This document shows, one piece after another, positions 49,676 through 59,536 of a stretch of DNA of 64,000 nt. Below the pieces are notes generated by a model. The model saw nothing but the letters and a program-made list of their open reading frames with translations. It did no database searches and was not told where the DNA came from. Origin of the DNA: an uncultured delta proteobacterium (GTDB lineage: Bacteria > Myxococcota_A > Polyangia > Polyangiales > Polyangiaceae); contig CAWDXG010000004.1 in the NCBI GenBank assembly GCA_963806225.1, positions 2,784,001-2,848,000 on the forward strand. The letters run 5' to 3'. The position numbers were made by a program, and so were the translations under genes. Positions within the stretch are counted from its first letter, which is position 1, and every line of letters starts with the position of its first letter.

Positions 49676-50890
49676 ATGACACGTAGTGTGCACAGGTATC
49701 TCTGCCTTCCGGTCATCACCTGCTTGACCATCGCTTCCGCGGCCGCGCTTGCTCAAGGGCCGGCGCCGTCGCCGGGTGCAGCTGCGCCAAGCGGTTCTGC
49801 AGCGCGCGCTGCGCCGAGCGGCTCTGCAGCGCCTGCTGCGCCTGCAGCGCCGAGCGGCTCTGCGGCGCCTGCCGGTTCAGCCGCGCCCGCCGCGCCGAGC
49901 GGCTCTACAGCGCCTGCAGCGCCTGCAGGTTCGGTCGCGCCCGCCGCGCCGAGCGGCTCTGCGGCGCCTGCCGGTTCAGCCGCGCCGGCGGTGCCGTCAC
50001 TGTCGGATTCGCTGAAGGGCGCGGCGAAGCAGGCCTACGAGCAAGGCCGCATCCTCTACACCGACGGCGACAACGCCGGCGCGCTGATCAAGTTCAAGCT
50101 CGCCTACAAGACGTCGAAAGACCCGCGTCTGCTCTGGAACATGGCCGTGTGCGACAAGAACCTGCGGCACTACGCCAAGGCGCAGGATCTCGTGGAGCAG
50201 TACCTGAGCGACGGCGAGGGCGTCCTGACCGATCGGGACCGCCAGGTGGCAGTGAGCGTCGTGCAGGCGATCAAGGCGTACGTCGCGACGCTCACCATCA
50301 ACGTGGACCAGTCGGGCGCGGCCATCATCATCGACGGGACGCGCGTGGGCACCAGCCCGCTGTCGAGCCCCGTGCGCGTGGACGTTGGCCAGCGCAAGAT
50401 CACGATCAGCAAGAAGGGCTACAAGATCTTCCAGCAGACGCTGGTCGTCCCCGGCGGGTCGCCCATGACCCTGACGGCGAAGTTGCAGCAGGTCGTACAC
50501 CAGGGGCAGCTGCGCGTGGTGACCGACATGAACGGCCGCATCGAGATCGACGGCAGATACGTGGGTCGCGGGCACTGGAGCGGCAAGCTGTCCAGTGGCG
50601 ATCACGTCATCGGCATCACCGCGCCGGGCAAGAAGCAGTACCAGGACAACGTCACCATCTCCGACGGCCAGCTCCAGGTGGCGCGCGTGACGCTGGAGGA
50701 CAAGCAGAAGCCGCAAGCCGTGGTGCAGAGCAGCGGCGTGCCGACCTGGTTGTGGGTTGCCGGCGGTGTGGTGCTCGCAGCGGGGCTGGGAACCGGCGGC
50801 TACTTCCTGTTGAAACCCCAGGAGACCACGCCGTCTGCCAGTGCCGGTTCGATGGACCCCGGCATCGTGCACGTGTCGTTCAGGAGGTAG
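49676..50890 (+). CDS. Secreted TPR plus two PEGA domain protein with C-terminal TM
   Basis: Signal peptide, AYEQG...LLWNMAVC TPR, GAAIIIDGTRVGTSPL PEGA, WLWVAGGVVLAAG TM. Confidence 0.88.
   Translation: MTRSVHRYLCLPVITCLTIASAAALAQGPAPSPGAAAPSGSAARAAPSGSAAPAAPAAPSGSAAPAGSAAPAAPSGSTAPAAPAGSVAPAAPSGSAAPAGSAAPAVPSLSDSLKGAAKQAYEQGRILYTDGDNAGALIKFKLAYKTSKDPRLLWNMAVCDKNLRHYAKAQDLVEQYLSDGEGVLTDRDRQVAVSVVQAIKAYVATLTINVDQSGAAIIIDGTRVGTSPLSSPVRVDVGQRKITISKKGYKIFQQTLVVPGGSPMTLTAKLQQVVHQGQLRVVTDMNGRIEIDGRYVGRGHWSGKLSSGDHVIGITAPGKKQYQDNVTISDGQLQVARVTLEDKQKPQAVVQSSGVPTWLWVAGGVVLAAGLGTGGYFLLKPQETTPSASAGSMDPGIVHVSFRR
49780..49990 (+). repeat. Intragenic tandem repeat encoding APSGSAAPA
   Basis: About five copies of GCGCCGAGCGGCTCTGCRGCGCCTG variants interleaved with GGTTCAGCCGCGCC. 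Confidence 0.8.
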
Positions 50891-50893
50891 TCG

Positions 50894-52882
50894 ATGAGCC
50901 GCATTCGCGCACCGCGTTGGTTGAAATACACAGGACTCGTAGTCGCCGGCGTGGCGATGTCGTCCTCTTGCTCGAACAAGCCGAAACCGCCCGGCGAGCT
51001 GATGCTGTCGCTGCAGACGGACATGTCGATCCCGAAGGACATCGACGCCGTCTGGATCGAGATCTCGAAGTACGGCAACACGGTTTTCCGGAACCGCTAC
51101 GACGTGGGTCCGAGCGGCGTGAAGATCCCGGCGACGCTCGCGGTGGAGGCCGACCCCGGCAAGTCGCCGCCGGTAACGATCCGCGTGATCAGCCAGCAGG
51201 GCACGAAGACGCGGACCTTGCGTGAAGTGGTGACGACGGTGCCTCCGGATCGCACCGCGATGCTGCGCGTACCGATCGAGTGGCTGTGCGACGGCTCGGG
51301 CGAGCAGATCCCGGGCACATCGCCGCCACAGTTCAAGAACACGTGCCCCGCGGGTCAGACGTGCCAGTCGGGGACGTGCACGACGAGCACGGTCGATTCG
51401 TCCAAGCTGCCGACCTTCAAACCTGCCGACGTCTTTGGCGGCGGCAACGGAGACGGCACCGGAAAGTGCTTCGACACGCTGGGCTGCTTCTCGACGCCGA
51501 TTGCGCTGCCTGTCGACACGACGACGTGCACGGCAGATGTGTCGGACCTGATGGGCGGTAGCGCTGGCGCGGGCACCGGCGGGGGCGCCGTGGATGGAGT
51601 CGCTGGCAGCGGCACGGGCGCAACTGGTGGCGCGGGCGGAACTGGTCAGGCGCAGGGCGCACTGGGCGCCGCCAAGCTCAACATCGCGCTGGAGCTACCC
51701 AGCGGTGGCGACGGCATCTGTGACTCGAACCAGTGCCTGGTGCCGCTCGACGGCCAGAGCGAATGGACTGTGTCGAACACCACGGTCACCTTGCCGAAGG
51801 CGGTGTGCGACCGGCTGCAGAGCGGCGCCGCACAAGCCGTCGTGGCCACGCTGTCGTGCGACACCAAGACCGCGGCGACGCCGACGTGCGGGCCGTGGTC
51901 GAGTGTGAGCGGGACTGGGCCGGAGGACGCCGGAGTTGGAACAGGCGGGACCGCGGGCAGCAGCGCCGGAGGCGCCAGCGCCGGGGGCAGCGTCGGGGTA
52001 GCGGGAAGTAGCGCTGGTGGAAGCGTCGGGATTGCGGGCAGCAGCGCCGCGGGCAGTAGCGCCGGGGGCAGCGGCGCGGACGGCGGTACGGCGTCGCCTC
52101 TTGGCCAGGCGTGCACGACGACCAGCGATTGCGGCGGCGGTCTGATCTGCGTGCCCGAGAATAGCACCAGCTTCAACGGGGAAGGACCGCCCGGAGGGCT
52201 TTGCACGCAGACCTGCCAGACCACCGCGGACTGCCAGGCGCTGGCGCCCAACTCCCAGTGCGTCAGCGAGGGCGGCACCACTTCGTATTGCCTCGAAGGG
52301 TGCACTTTTGGGGCAGCGAACCTGTCCAAGTGCCACTCGCGGTCCACCACCGCCTGTTCTTCGCTGAATCCACCTACTGCCGATGGCGGGGTGATCGACG
52401 CCGGAGCACAGTTCGCGGCGTGCATTCCGGTCTGTGGCAGCGACTGGGATTGTGGAACTGGCTATTGCGACCTCAAGACGGGCCTGTGCAGCGCGTCGCC
52501 GCCTGCGGGGGGCCTGCCGATCGGGTCTTCCTGCGACCCCAGCGTGAGTCCGAGTCCTTGCTCGGGCTTCTGTCAGCCGTGGGGCTCTGGGAATCTGGGC
52601 TTCTGCTCCGCACCGTGCACTTTGTCGCAGGTGGGTTGTGGCTACCAAGCGGGGACAGCGACTGCCGCATGCCTTTTTTCACCAGCTGGCGCCTCAAGTC
52701 TCGATCTCGGATTCTGCGGCGCATTGTGCGACTGCGACAGCGAGTGTCAGCAAGGTGCGTCGTGTGCCCCGCTGCCCTCTAATTACGTTTCCGCTACGGG
52801 ACGCGCGGGCTATTGCGGGCTCAGTTCTGACGTGGACGGCGGGCTTCCAACCTGCCCGGCCACAGACGCCGGCCCGGGTTGA
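50894..52882 (+). CDS. Cys-rich lipoprotein (conserved N-terminal domain, Gly linkers, Cys-repeat tip)
   Basis: AGGAGG RBS, AMSSSC lipobox-like motif, LMLSLQTDMSIPKDID, PIEWLC; C-terminal GPPGGLCT and GFCSAPC repeats. Confidence 0.88.
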   Translation: MSRIRAPRWLKYTGLVVAGVAMSSSCSNKPKPPGELMLSLQTDMSIPKDIDAVWIEISKYGNTVFRNRYDVGPSGVKIPATLAVEADPGKSPPVTIRVISQQGTKTRTLREVVTTVPPDRTAMLRVPIEWLCDGSGEQIPGTSPPQFKNTCPAGQTCQSGTCTTSTVDSSKLPTFKPADVFGGGNGDGTGKCFDTLGCFSTPIALPVDTTTCTADVSDLMGGSAGAGTGGGAVDGVAGSGTGATGGAGGTGQAQGALGAAKLNIALELPSGGDGICDSNQCLVPLDGQSEWTVSNTTVTLPKAVCDRLQSGAAQAVVATLSCDTKTAATPTCGPWSSVSGTGPEDAGVGTGGTAGSSAGGASAGGSVGVAGSSAGGSVGIAGSSAAGSSAGGSGADGGTASPLGQACTTTSDCGGGLICVPENSTSFNGEGPPGGLCTQTCQTTADCQALAPNSQCVSEGGTTSYCLEGCTFGAANLSKCHSRSTTACSSLNPPTADGGVIDAGAQFAACIPVCGSDWDCGTGYCDLKTGLCSASPPAGGLPIGSSCDPSVSPSPCSGFCQPWGSGNLGFCSAPCTLSQVGCGYQAGTATAACLFSPAGASSLDLGFCGALCDCDSECQQGASCAPLPSNYVSATGRAGYCGLSSDVDGGLPTCPATDAGPG

Positions 52883-52905
52883 TTCGGCCCTTGTGAAGGT
52901 ACCTG

Positions 52906-54126
52906 ATCAGTCGCGCGAAATCGCTACACTGGCTGAAATTGACGGGACTCGTTGTCGCCGGCGTGGCGATGTCGTCCTCTTGCTCGAACAAGCCGAAACC
53001 GCCCGGCGAGCTGATGCTGTCGCTCCAGACGGACATGTCGATTCCGAAGGACATCGACGCCGTCTGGATCGAGATCTCGAAGTACGGCAACACGGTTTTC
53101 CGGAACCGCTACGACGTGGGTCCGAGCGGCGTGAAGATCCCTGCGACGCTCGCGGTGGAGGCCGACCCCGGCAAGTCGCCGCCGGTAACGATCCGCGTGA
53201 TCAGCCAGCAGGGGACGACGACGCGGACGCTGCGTGAGGTGGTGACGACGGTGCCGCCGGACCGCACCGCGATGCTGCGCGTGCCGATCGAGTGGCTGTG
53301 CGATGGCTCGGGCGAGCAGATCCCGAACACAACGCCGCCACAGTTCAAGAACACGTGCCCCGCGCGTCAGACGTGCCAGTCGGGGACGTGCACGACGAGC
53401 ACGGTCGATTCGTCCAAGCTGCCGACCTTCAAACATGCCGACGTCTTTGGCGGCGGCAACGGAGACGGCACCGGAAAGTGCTTCGACACGCTGGGCTGCT
53501 TTGCGACGCCCGTGCCGCTGCAGGTCGATACGACGACCTGCACGGCAGATGTGTCGCAGCTGGTGGGCGGAAGTGTCGGCAGCGGTGCAGGGGGCGCGCC
53601 GACGAAGCTCAACGTCGCGCTCGAGCTTCCGGCCGGTGGCGACGGCATCTGCGACTCTAACAAGTGTCTCGTGCCGCTCGACGAGCAGACTGTCTGGACG
53701 GTGTCGAACACCACGGTCACCTTGCCGAAGGCGGTGTGCGACCGGCTGCAGAGCGGCGCCGCACAAGCCGTCGTGGCCACGCTTCCAATCGCGTACGTTG
53801 TGTGCGTTGAGGACGGGTTCGATTTCTCGACCTTTCCTCTTCGCCCGCGCTCTGTAGCCCTCCGCGCGGTCGCTCGCCGCCGCCGCGTACAACGCCGAGC
53901 CCGTCTCAACCTATGCAGCCTCCGGAAATGCCGGGGGGATTCATCGACCTGCGACACGTGCATGCAGACCCTCTGCTGCAACGAGTGGGAAGCCTGCATG
54001 AACGACAACCTGTGCACTTCCGCCGACGCCGCCGCCATCACCGCCAAGACGAACACGCTGCTCAGCTGCGCGCGCAGCACCGAGGGTGGCGCCAGGCGCA
54101 GCGTGCCCTGCTTCGACGGCTTCTAG
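52906..54126 (+). pseudogene. Tandem partial duplicate of the preceding lipoprotein with a different C-terminus
   Basis: 52906-53783 is closely similar to 50894-51852; the equivalent ATG reads ATC; after VVATL an unrelated segment, then CDTCMQTLCCNEWEAC. Confidence 0.8.
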
Positions 54127-54137
54127 GTGATCGTCGG

Positions 54138-55187
54138 CTACAGGCTGGCCTGTGGGTAGCGGGTGCCGAGCTGGCGCACCAGCTCGATCCTGCTGGAAAT
54201 GCCGAGCTTGCGCAGCGCGCTGCCCAGGTGCGATGACGCCGTGCCCTCGGCAAGGCCCAGATGGTATGCGATCAGCTTGTCGGCGTAGCCGCGCACGGCG
54301 AGCCCCACCACGCGGGTCTCCATGGGCGTCAGCCCGCGTGGATCGCGCACGTCCTCGGGGTTCTTGTGGGCCAGCATGAATCGCTTGCCGTCGGTGTCCC
54401 ACTTCTCCACCAGCGACCAGCGGCCCTGGACGAGCCCCTGCCAGACGCTCAAGGCGTCCTCCTGGCGCCCCGACTTCGCGCTGCGCGCGTGGTCGATGCG
54501 GCGCGCGTATTCCGTCAGCTCCTCGGTGCCGTCGCGGGCTTCGCCATCGGCGTGGACGATGCGACCCGAGGCGTCCAGCACGGCACCATCTTCCGGCGCA
54601 TCCACCGCGCCCGTGCGTTCCTGCAAACGACGGCGCAGCCGCAAGCCGGCCTTGATGTGCGCGCTCAGCATCTGATACATGGCGCGTTCGGAAGGGCGAA
54701 ACGTGCGCTTCGTCTCCAGGCCTCCGAAGATGCCCGTGACGCCGTTGTTGTCCACGTGGTGGTTGATCAGCGCGAACGTGTCCTCGATCGGCGTCCCGAG
54801 CGTGTACACCCAGTCCGGTCCCAGGCGGCGGTGCTCGGAGTGCAGAAGGCGGTCCGCCGGCTCCGCGATGAAGCCCCGCCCGATCCGCTCGAACATCCCC
54901 GCCTTGATCCGGTCGATCAGCCCGGCGTTGCCCTCGTGCTTCCTATCGAGGATCGCTCCGATGGATTGGATCCGCCCCACCATGTCGAAAGGTGTCCGCG
55001 CCGACTGCGCCGCCTCGCGGACGCGAAAGGCGCGGCCACTCACGTCGATGTGGTAGGCAAGTACGCCGTATTCCGGCCGCAGCACCCCCTGGAAGTTGTC
55101 CGCGATCTGCTGCAGCCACTCGGCCTCGTCCGCGCCGAGGTCGTAGCACGACTCCACGACAGCAATGAGATCACGCCGGCCAGGCAT
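54138..55187 (-). CDS. LuxR-family transcriptional regulator with large N-terminal sensor region
   Basis: C-terminal LTPMETRVVGLAVRGYADKLIAYHLG...RKLGISSRIEL; WQGLVQGRWSLVE. Confidence 0.9.
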   Translation of the reverse strand: MPGRRDLIAVVESCYDLGADEAEWLQQIADNFQGVLRPEYGVLAYHIDVSGRAFRVREAAQSARTPFDMVGRIQSIGAILDRKHEGNAGLIDRIKAGMFERIGRGFIAEPADRLLHSEHRRLGPDWVYTLGTPIEDTFALINHHVDNNGVTGIFGGLETKRTFRPSERAMYQMLSAHIKAGLRLRRRLQERTGAVDAPEDGAVLDASGRIVHADGEARDGTEELTEYARRIDHARSAKSGRQEDALSVWQGLVQGRWSLVEKWDTDGKRFMLAHKNPEDVRDPRGLTPMETRVVGLAVRGYADKLIAYHLGLAEGTASSHLGSALRKLGISSRIELVRQLGTRYPQASL

Positions 55188-55466
55188 AGCCGCTCAAAGT
55201 ACTGGATCAGGAGCAGCAGAGAAAGACTTGATTTCGCTGCGGACCGCCTTGCAGCTAGGCGGCATCTCCACGCCGCCGCGCGGGCCGCGGCGCGATCGGG
55301 CGCGTCGCGGATCAGGCGTTTGACGATCACCGCGGTCAACTCCGGCGCAAGCCGGGTCCAGATATCGAGGATCGAGCCTCAGTGGGCCATGTCGAGGACA
55401 GGCTCCCCAACGGAACGCTATCAAGCGGCCCCTCTCGCGTGCCTGCGACCGGATGACGCGGGCTGC

Positions 55467-57830
55467 CTAGTGTCGGCGTCGCCGCTCGACTGCGGCGAAG
55501 CACAACGCCATGAGCGCGAACAGGCCGCCCGCGTCCGGACCGGTCCCGGTCGAGCAGGCGCACCCCGACGAGCTGTTGCTAGCTGGCGTCGCCGCGCTGC
55601 CGGAGTAGCCGCTGCCGCCGCCGTTGCCGGAATAGGCGCCGCTGCCGGAGAAGCCGCCGTTACCGGAGAAGCCGCCGCTGGCGCCCGTGCCGGAGCTGCC
55701 GCCGCTGGCATTGGAGGCACAGGTAGAACCTGCACACTGCATCTGGATGCAGTCCTGGAAGGACTCGACACACGCACTCTTTCCGTCGCAGCGATACGTG
55801 TAGGCAACGCCCGCCTTGCAGAATTCCGTGCCGCAGATCGTGTCGGCCGGGTAGATCTCGCACGCGCCCTTGCCGTCGCAGTCCCCGTTCTGGTCGCAGC
55901 TCTGGGCGCCGTCGTCCTGGCAATCGTTGTGCGGGTCGGTGCCCTCCCGCACGGGACCGCACTCGCCGTCGGTGCCGGTGACGCCCTGCTCCACCATCAG
56001 GCACGAGACACATCCAGTGTCGCAGTGCGAGTCACAGCAGACGCCCTCGACGCAGGCGCCGGTGAGGCAGTCGGCCGCGGTCGAGCAGGAGAAGCCGCGG
56101 AGCTTCGCGTCGCGGATTTCGGCGGTGTTCGTGCCGTGGAGAGAGCTGCTGTTCTCGTACCCGCCGACCACCAGAACCCGCGCGTTGAGCAGGTCGCTCG
56201 AGAGCAGGGTCGCGGTGGTGTGATAGCGCGCCTGGTTCATGTCGCCGGCATAGGACGCATGCCCCGTGGCTGCGGTGAGGACTTCCGTCGCCTTCATCAC
56301 GCCGCCGCCCGAGCCGCCAACGAGCAGGAGCGACGAGTCGGGTAGCGCGACGGCGCCGGAGTCATCGTAGTAGTTGGAGAGCGGAGTGCCGGCGCGCCAG
56401 GTGTTGGCCTTCGGATCGTAGAAATCCGTGTGCGACGAATCGCCGCCGGCGACCGCGACCAGCCCGTCGGCGAGCAGCAGCGCGTGGTGGAAGCGGTGCG
56501 TGCTGGCCATGGGCGGCGTCAGCGTCCACTTCGCGGTGGTCGGGTCGTAGATTTCCGCGGTGTTGGAGACCTTGCCGAAATTGTCGCCGCCTATCGCGAT
56601 CACGCGGCCGTCGGGAAGCGTCGTCGCCGACACCGCACGCCGCGCCTCGGACATCGACGTCGTGTCGGTCCAGGTGTCCTGGGCGGGATCGTAGATCTCG
56701 GCCGATGCGACCGCCCGGCTCGATAGCTGGGAGGGGACGTAGGCATAGCCGCCCACTGCGATCACGCGGCCGTCGCCGAGCTTCGCCATCCCGAAGTCGG
56801 AGCGGAGTGTCGACATGTCGGCGGCCGCCGTGAACTTCCCGGTTGCGGGGTCATAGATATCGCAACTCTGGTCGCGGCCGGCGGTGAAGACGCGCCCGTC
56901 GTCGAGAAGCAGCGTCCGTGCGAGGCTGCGGGAGTTGGTCGGGGTGCCCGTCTCCGCCCACGTGCCGCTCGTGTCGTCGTAGAGCTCCGCCGGCTGTACC
57001 CCGACGGCGTAGTATTCGCCCCCGGCGACGAGGACGGTTCCGTCCTTCAGCTTGACCGCGACATGCTCCGCACGTTCGTGCGCAAGGTCGACGGTGTTCG
57101 TCCAGAACGGATCGACCAGGATCGGGTAGGGGAGCCCCGCGTCCCAGCTCACGACAAGCGTGCACGTGCCCGATCCCGGTGGCGTGACCGGGCGATGCCA
57201 CGGCGCGGCCGGGCTCTTGTCCACGGCGCAGCCCCTGACCGAAAGATGCGCGGTGTGGTGCTCGTCATGCGCATCGCTGATGAACGGCGCCAGCACCCTG
57301 AGCCGCGGCGCGCCGCCAGCATCCAGCAGCTCCAGGGCGCCGCCGACCAGGCGCAGCCCTGCTGCGTGGGACACGTCCACGTGATAGGCGAGCGCATTGC
57401 CCGGCACCTCGTGCGACAGCCGCACGAAGTCCTCGACGCCGCTGCCGCGCACGCTCTCGGCGAGCTCTGTGCCCGCTCCGAGCGGATGGTCGTAGACACC
57501 CAGTCCCGTGCCGTACGAAAGCTGCGAGTCGGCGCTCGCGCCCGCGAGAACGAACCCGACGGACATGCCGCTCGCCGGATCCGTGATGCGGGTCGGGTTC
57601 GGGAGTCGCTGTGGGAGCTCCACCCTTGCTGGCTTCGCTCTGCCAGAGCTCGCGACCGCCAGGAGGTAGTCGCCTTCCGCGATGAAGCTCGCAGCATGCG
57701 GTGCGCGGCGGAGCTCTGCGAACGAAGTCCGGCGCTGCGCCGCCGCCGGCGCGGCGAGCAGTAGCCCGAGCGCCGCGCACGACAACCCCACTGTCAGCGC
57801 GCCCCTGTTCCCGATACCCATGTCGCCCAT
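55467..57830 (-). CDS. Kelch-repeat, Cys-rich, MYXO-CTERM surface protein
   Basis: Signal peptide, YPILVDP, six Kelch repeats (DGRVIAVGG, AEIYDP), CVEGVCCDSHC, SSGCAC...LCFAAVERRRRH. Confidence 0.9.
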   Translation of the reverse strand: MGDMGIGNRGALTVGLSCAALGLLLAAPAAAQRRTSFAELRRAPHAASFIAEGDYLLAVASSGRAKPARVELPQRLPNPTRITDPASGMSVGFVLAGASADSQLSYGTGLGVYDHPLGAGTELAESVRGSGVEDFVRLSHEVPGNALAYHVDVSHAAGLRLVGGALELLDAGGAPRLRVLAPFISDAHDEHHTAHLSVRGCAVDKSPAAPWHRPVTPPGSGTCTLVVSWDAGLPYPILVDPFWTNTVDLAHERAEHVAVKLKDGTVLVAGGEYYAVGVQPAELYDDTSGTWAETGTPTNSRSLARTLLLDDGRVFTAGRDQSCDIYDPATGKFTAAADMSTLRSDFGMAKLGDGRVIAVGGYAYVPSQLSSRAVASAEIYDPAQDTWTDTTSMSEARRAVSATTLPDGRVIAIGGDNFGKVSNTAEIYDPTTAKWTLTPPMASTHRFHHALLLADGLVAVAGGDSSHTDFYDPKANTWRAGTPLSNYYDDSGAVALPDSSLLLVGGSGGGVMKATEVLTAATGHASYAGDMNQARYHTTATLLSSDLLNARVLVVGGYENSSSLHGTNTAEIRDAKLRGFSCSTAADCLTGACVEGVCCDSHCDTGCVSCLMVEQGVTGTDGECGPVREGTDPHNDCQDDGAQSCDQNGDCDGKGACEIYPADTICGTEFCKAGVAYTYRCDGKSACVESFQDCIQMQCAGSTCASNASGGSSGTGASGGFSGNGGFSGSGAYSGNGGGSGYSGSAATPASNSSSGCACSTGTGPDAGGLFALMALCFAAVERRRRH

Positions 57831-57866
57831 TGAAACATGGTTGACCGCGCAGCGCACGCGCCGTCC

Positions 57867-57937
57867 GGATCCACAGGTAAACCCCGCCTCACCTATTTTG
57901 CGCCTACCCTCTGGTTCCCGAAGCTGCCAGGGAACTA
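57867..57937 (+). repeat. Direct repeat, copy 1 (71 bp)
   Basis: GGATCCACAGG...GCCAGGGAACTA, matching 59051-59123 except for two 1-nt gaps. Confidence 0.95.
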
Positions 57938-59050
57938 AAAAGGTGATGTGATAGGCGGGATAGATGGAAAGGGGGGGATGGAAATGAAAAAGAACGGGAG
58001 GTAGATGGCGAAGGTAGCGCGAATGGGGAGGGCGAAGCGACGGCAACTGGCGCGCAGCGGTCGTGTAGCGGAGATACGCAGACTGCGTTGCGTTTTCTGG
58101 CGGTGGCACGGTTGGAGCGGGTGCAGCACCGTCAGGTCGCGAGGAGCTTGAGGTGCGCGTTCGACGGTGGTCAGGGTGCAGACCGCTTCAACGGCTGCGA
58201 GGAGGGCTTACGATCAACGAGGAACGAACGGCAGCCTCAAGGCCGGTGAGGCTTGCTCGAAGGGTTGCGAATTGCTGTCTGCTACGCCGAGGATCGGATG
58301 GGGCCGGCCGACGTGGACGAGCGAGTTGTTGTGCCTGCAGATGGCGCATGAGGGATGGCCCGAACGTCGCTGTTTGCACGATGGGACGGGTACTGGCACG
58401 GCTTGGTGCTCGTCTCGGTGCACCAAACGGATCGTACTGTGCCCGTGGAAGAGCGACGCGCGAGAGCGACGCCTCCGCCGGATCGCGCGCTTGAAGCGCG
58501 CGCCAGCGCGGCCGAGCCTGTCTCTACGAGGACGAAGTCGACATCCACCTCAACCCGAAGATCGGCGAACTGGATGTTGCCTGGCCAGCAGCGCCGTGTC
58601 GTGACGCCGGGACAGAACGAGAAGTCTACTCGCCGGCGCGCTCGATGTCCGCACGGGCAAGCTTCATGCGATGGGTGGCGAGAAGAAGAACGCGACCCTG
58701 TTCTGCGATCTGTTGTGGGAACTCGCGAAGCCTACCGTCGAGCGCGCAGGCTCCACGTCATTCTGGATAACTACGGGATCCACTCGGCCAAGGCCACGCG
58801 AGCCACGCTCGAAGCGTCGGCGGTAGAATCGTCCTCCACTTTCTGCCGCCGTACTGCCCCGACGACAACCGCATCGAACGAATCTGGCAGGATTTGCACG
58901 CCAACGTGACCCGCAACCACAGCTGCAAGACGATGAATGATTGCTCTCTAACGCTCGTCGTTATGTGATCGCTTATCTGTGGCGCCGCGTGATCGGCTCC
59001 GCGTCGCTTAGATATGTCGCATGATCAATGTAGTGGAATCACGATCGTTT
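57938..59050 (+). mobile_element. IS630-family element with heavily frameshifted transposase
   Basis: Fragments EDEVDIHLNPKIG, AGALDVRTGK, LHVILDNYGIH, LHFLPPYCPDDNRIERIWQDLHANVTRNH (DDE motifs); starts immediately after a TA. Confidence 0.9.
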
Positions 59051-59123
59051 GGATCCACAGGTTAAACCCCGTCCTCACCTATTTTGCGCCTACCCTCTGG
59101 TTCCCGAAGCTGCCAGGGAACTA
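59051..59123 (+). repeat. Direct repeat, copy 2 (73 bp)
   Basis: Second copy, ending in CTA of a CTAG site. Confidence 0.95.
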
Positions 59124-59245
59124 GGCTTCCACCTCGTCGTTACATCTCGTTCCGGAAATCCTGGCAGCGCGCGATCCGACGATGAAGAGCCGGCTGCGGA
59201 TCCTGGAGTCGACCACAGCCACGAATGGAGAGTCTCCGCCGCTCC

Positions 59246-59500
59246 CTACGGCGCCACCCAGTACGCCCAGTCGAAGTTGGCGTCGAGGTTGCCGCTGAGG
59301 AACGAGCGCAGGTTGCGCACGCGCATCGGGTGCCCGGCGACGGTGAACGGCTTCGTCTCTCCCATCTCCGCCACCGCGGCGGAGTTGCCGGTGCTGCAGA
59401 AGCGCAAGGCGTAGTCGCCGACGGCGGGGTCGGGGTAGTCGAAGGGGCCGTAGTTGCCGGCGAGAAGTGCCGGGCCGATGCTCGCGCGCCACGGCTGGGA
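59246..59500 (-). pseudogene. 3' remnant of an unknown gene
   Basis: Coding-biased frame QPWRASIGPALLAGNYGPF...VRNLRSFLSGNLDANFDWAYWVAP-stop with no suitable start. Confidence 0.55.
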
Positions 59501-59536
59501 TCTAGTCGAGGACCTGGGCTACGAGGAAGTGCAACC

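Noticed and set aside
50894..53783. Diversity-generating retroelement TR/VR pair
   Set aside because: No reverse transcriptase in the window, and the differences I compared are mostly synonymous third-position changes, not adenine-specific.
55194..55424. Possible gene remnant upstream of the LuxR gene
   Set aside because: Short coding-like stretch with an internal stop and no recognisable family; insufficient support.
57867..57937. c-di-GMP-I riboswitch in the duplicated segment (GGCGCAAA on the minus strand)
   Set aside because: The upstream GGYAAAC...GAAA stem is not recognisable. An Infernal search with the c-di-GMP-I model would settle it.
57831..58109. N-terminal extension of the 880-aa Kelch ORF
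   Set aside because: It reads through the repeat and the IS left end; the signal peptide begins near 57830.
57867..59123. CRISPR repeats or prophage att sites
   Set aside because: Only two copies 1.1 kb apart, enclosing a transposase; no cas or integrase genes.
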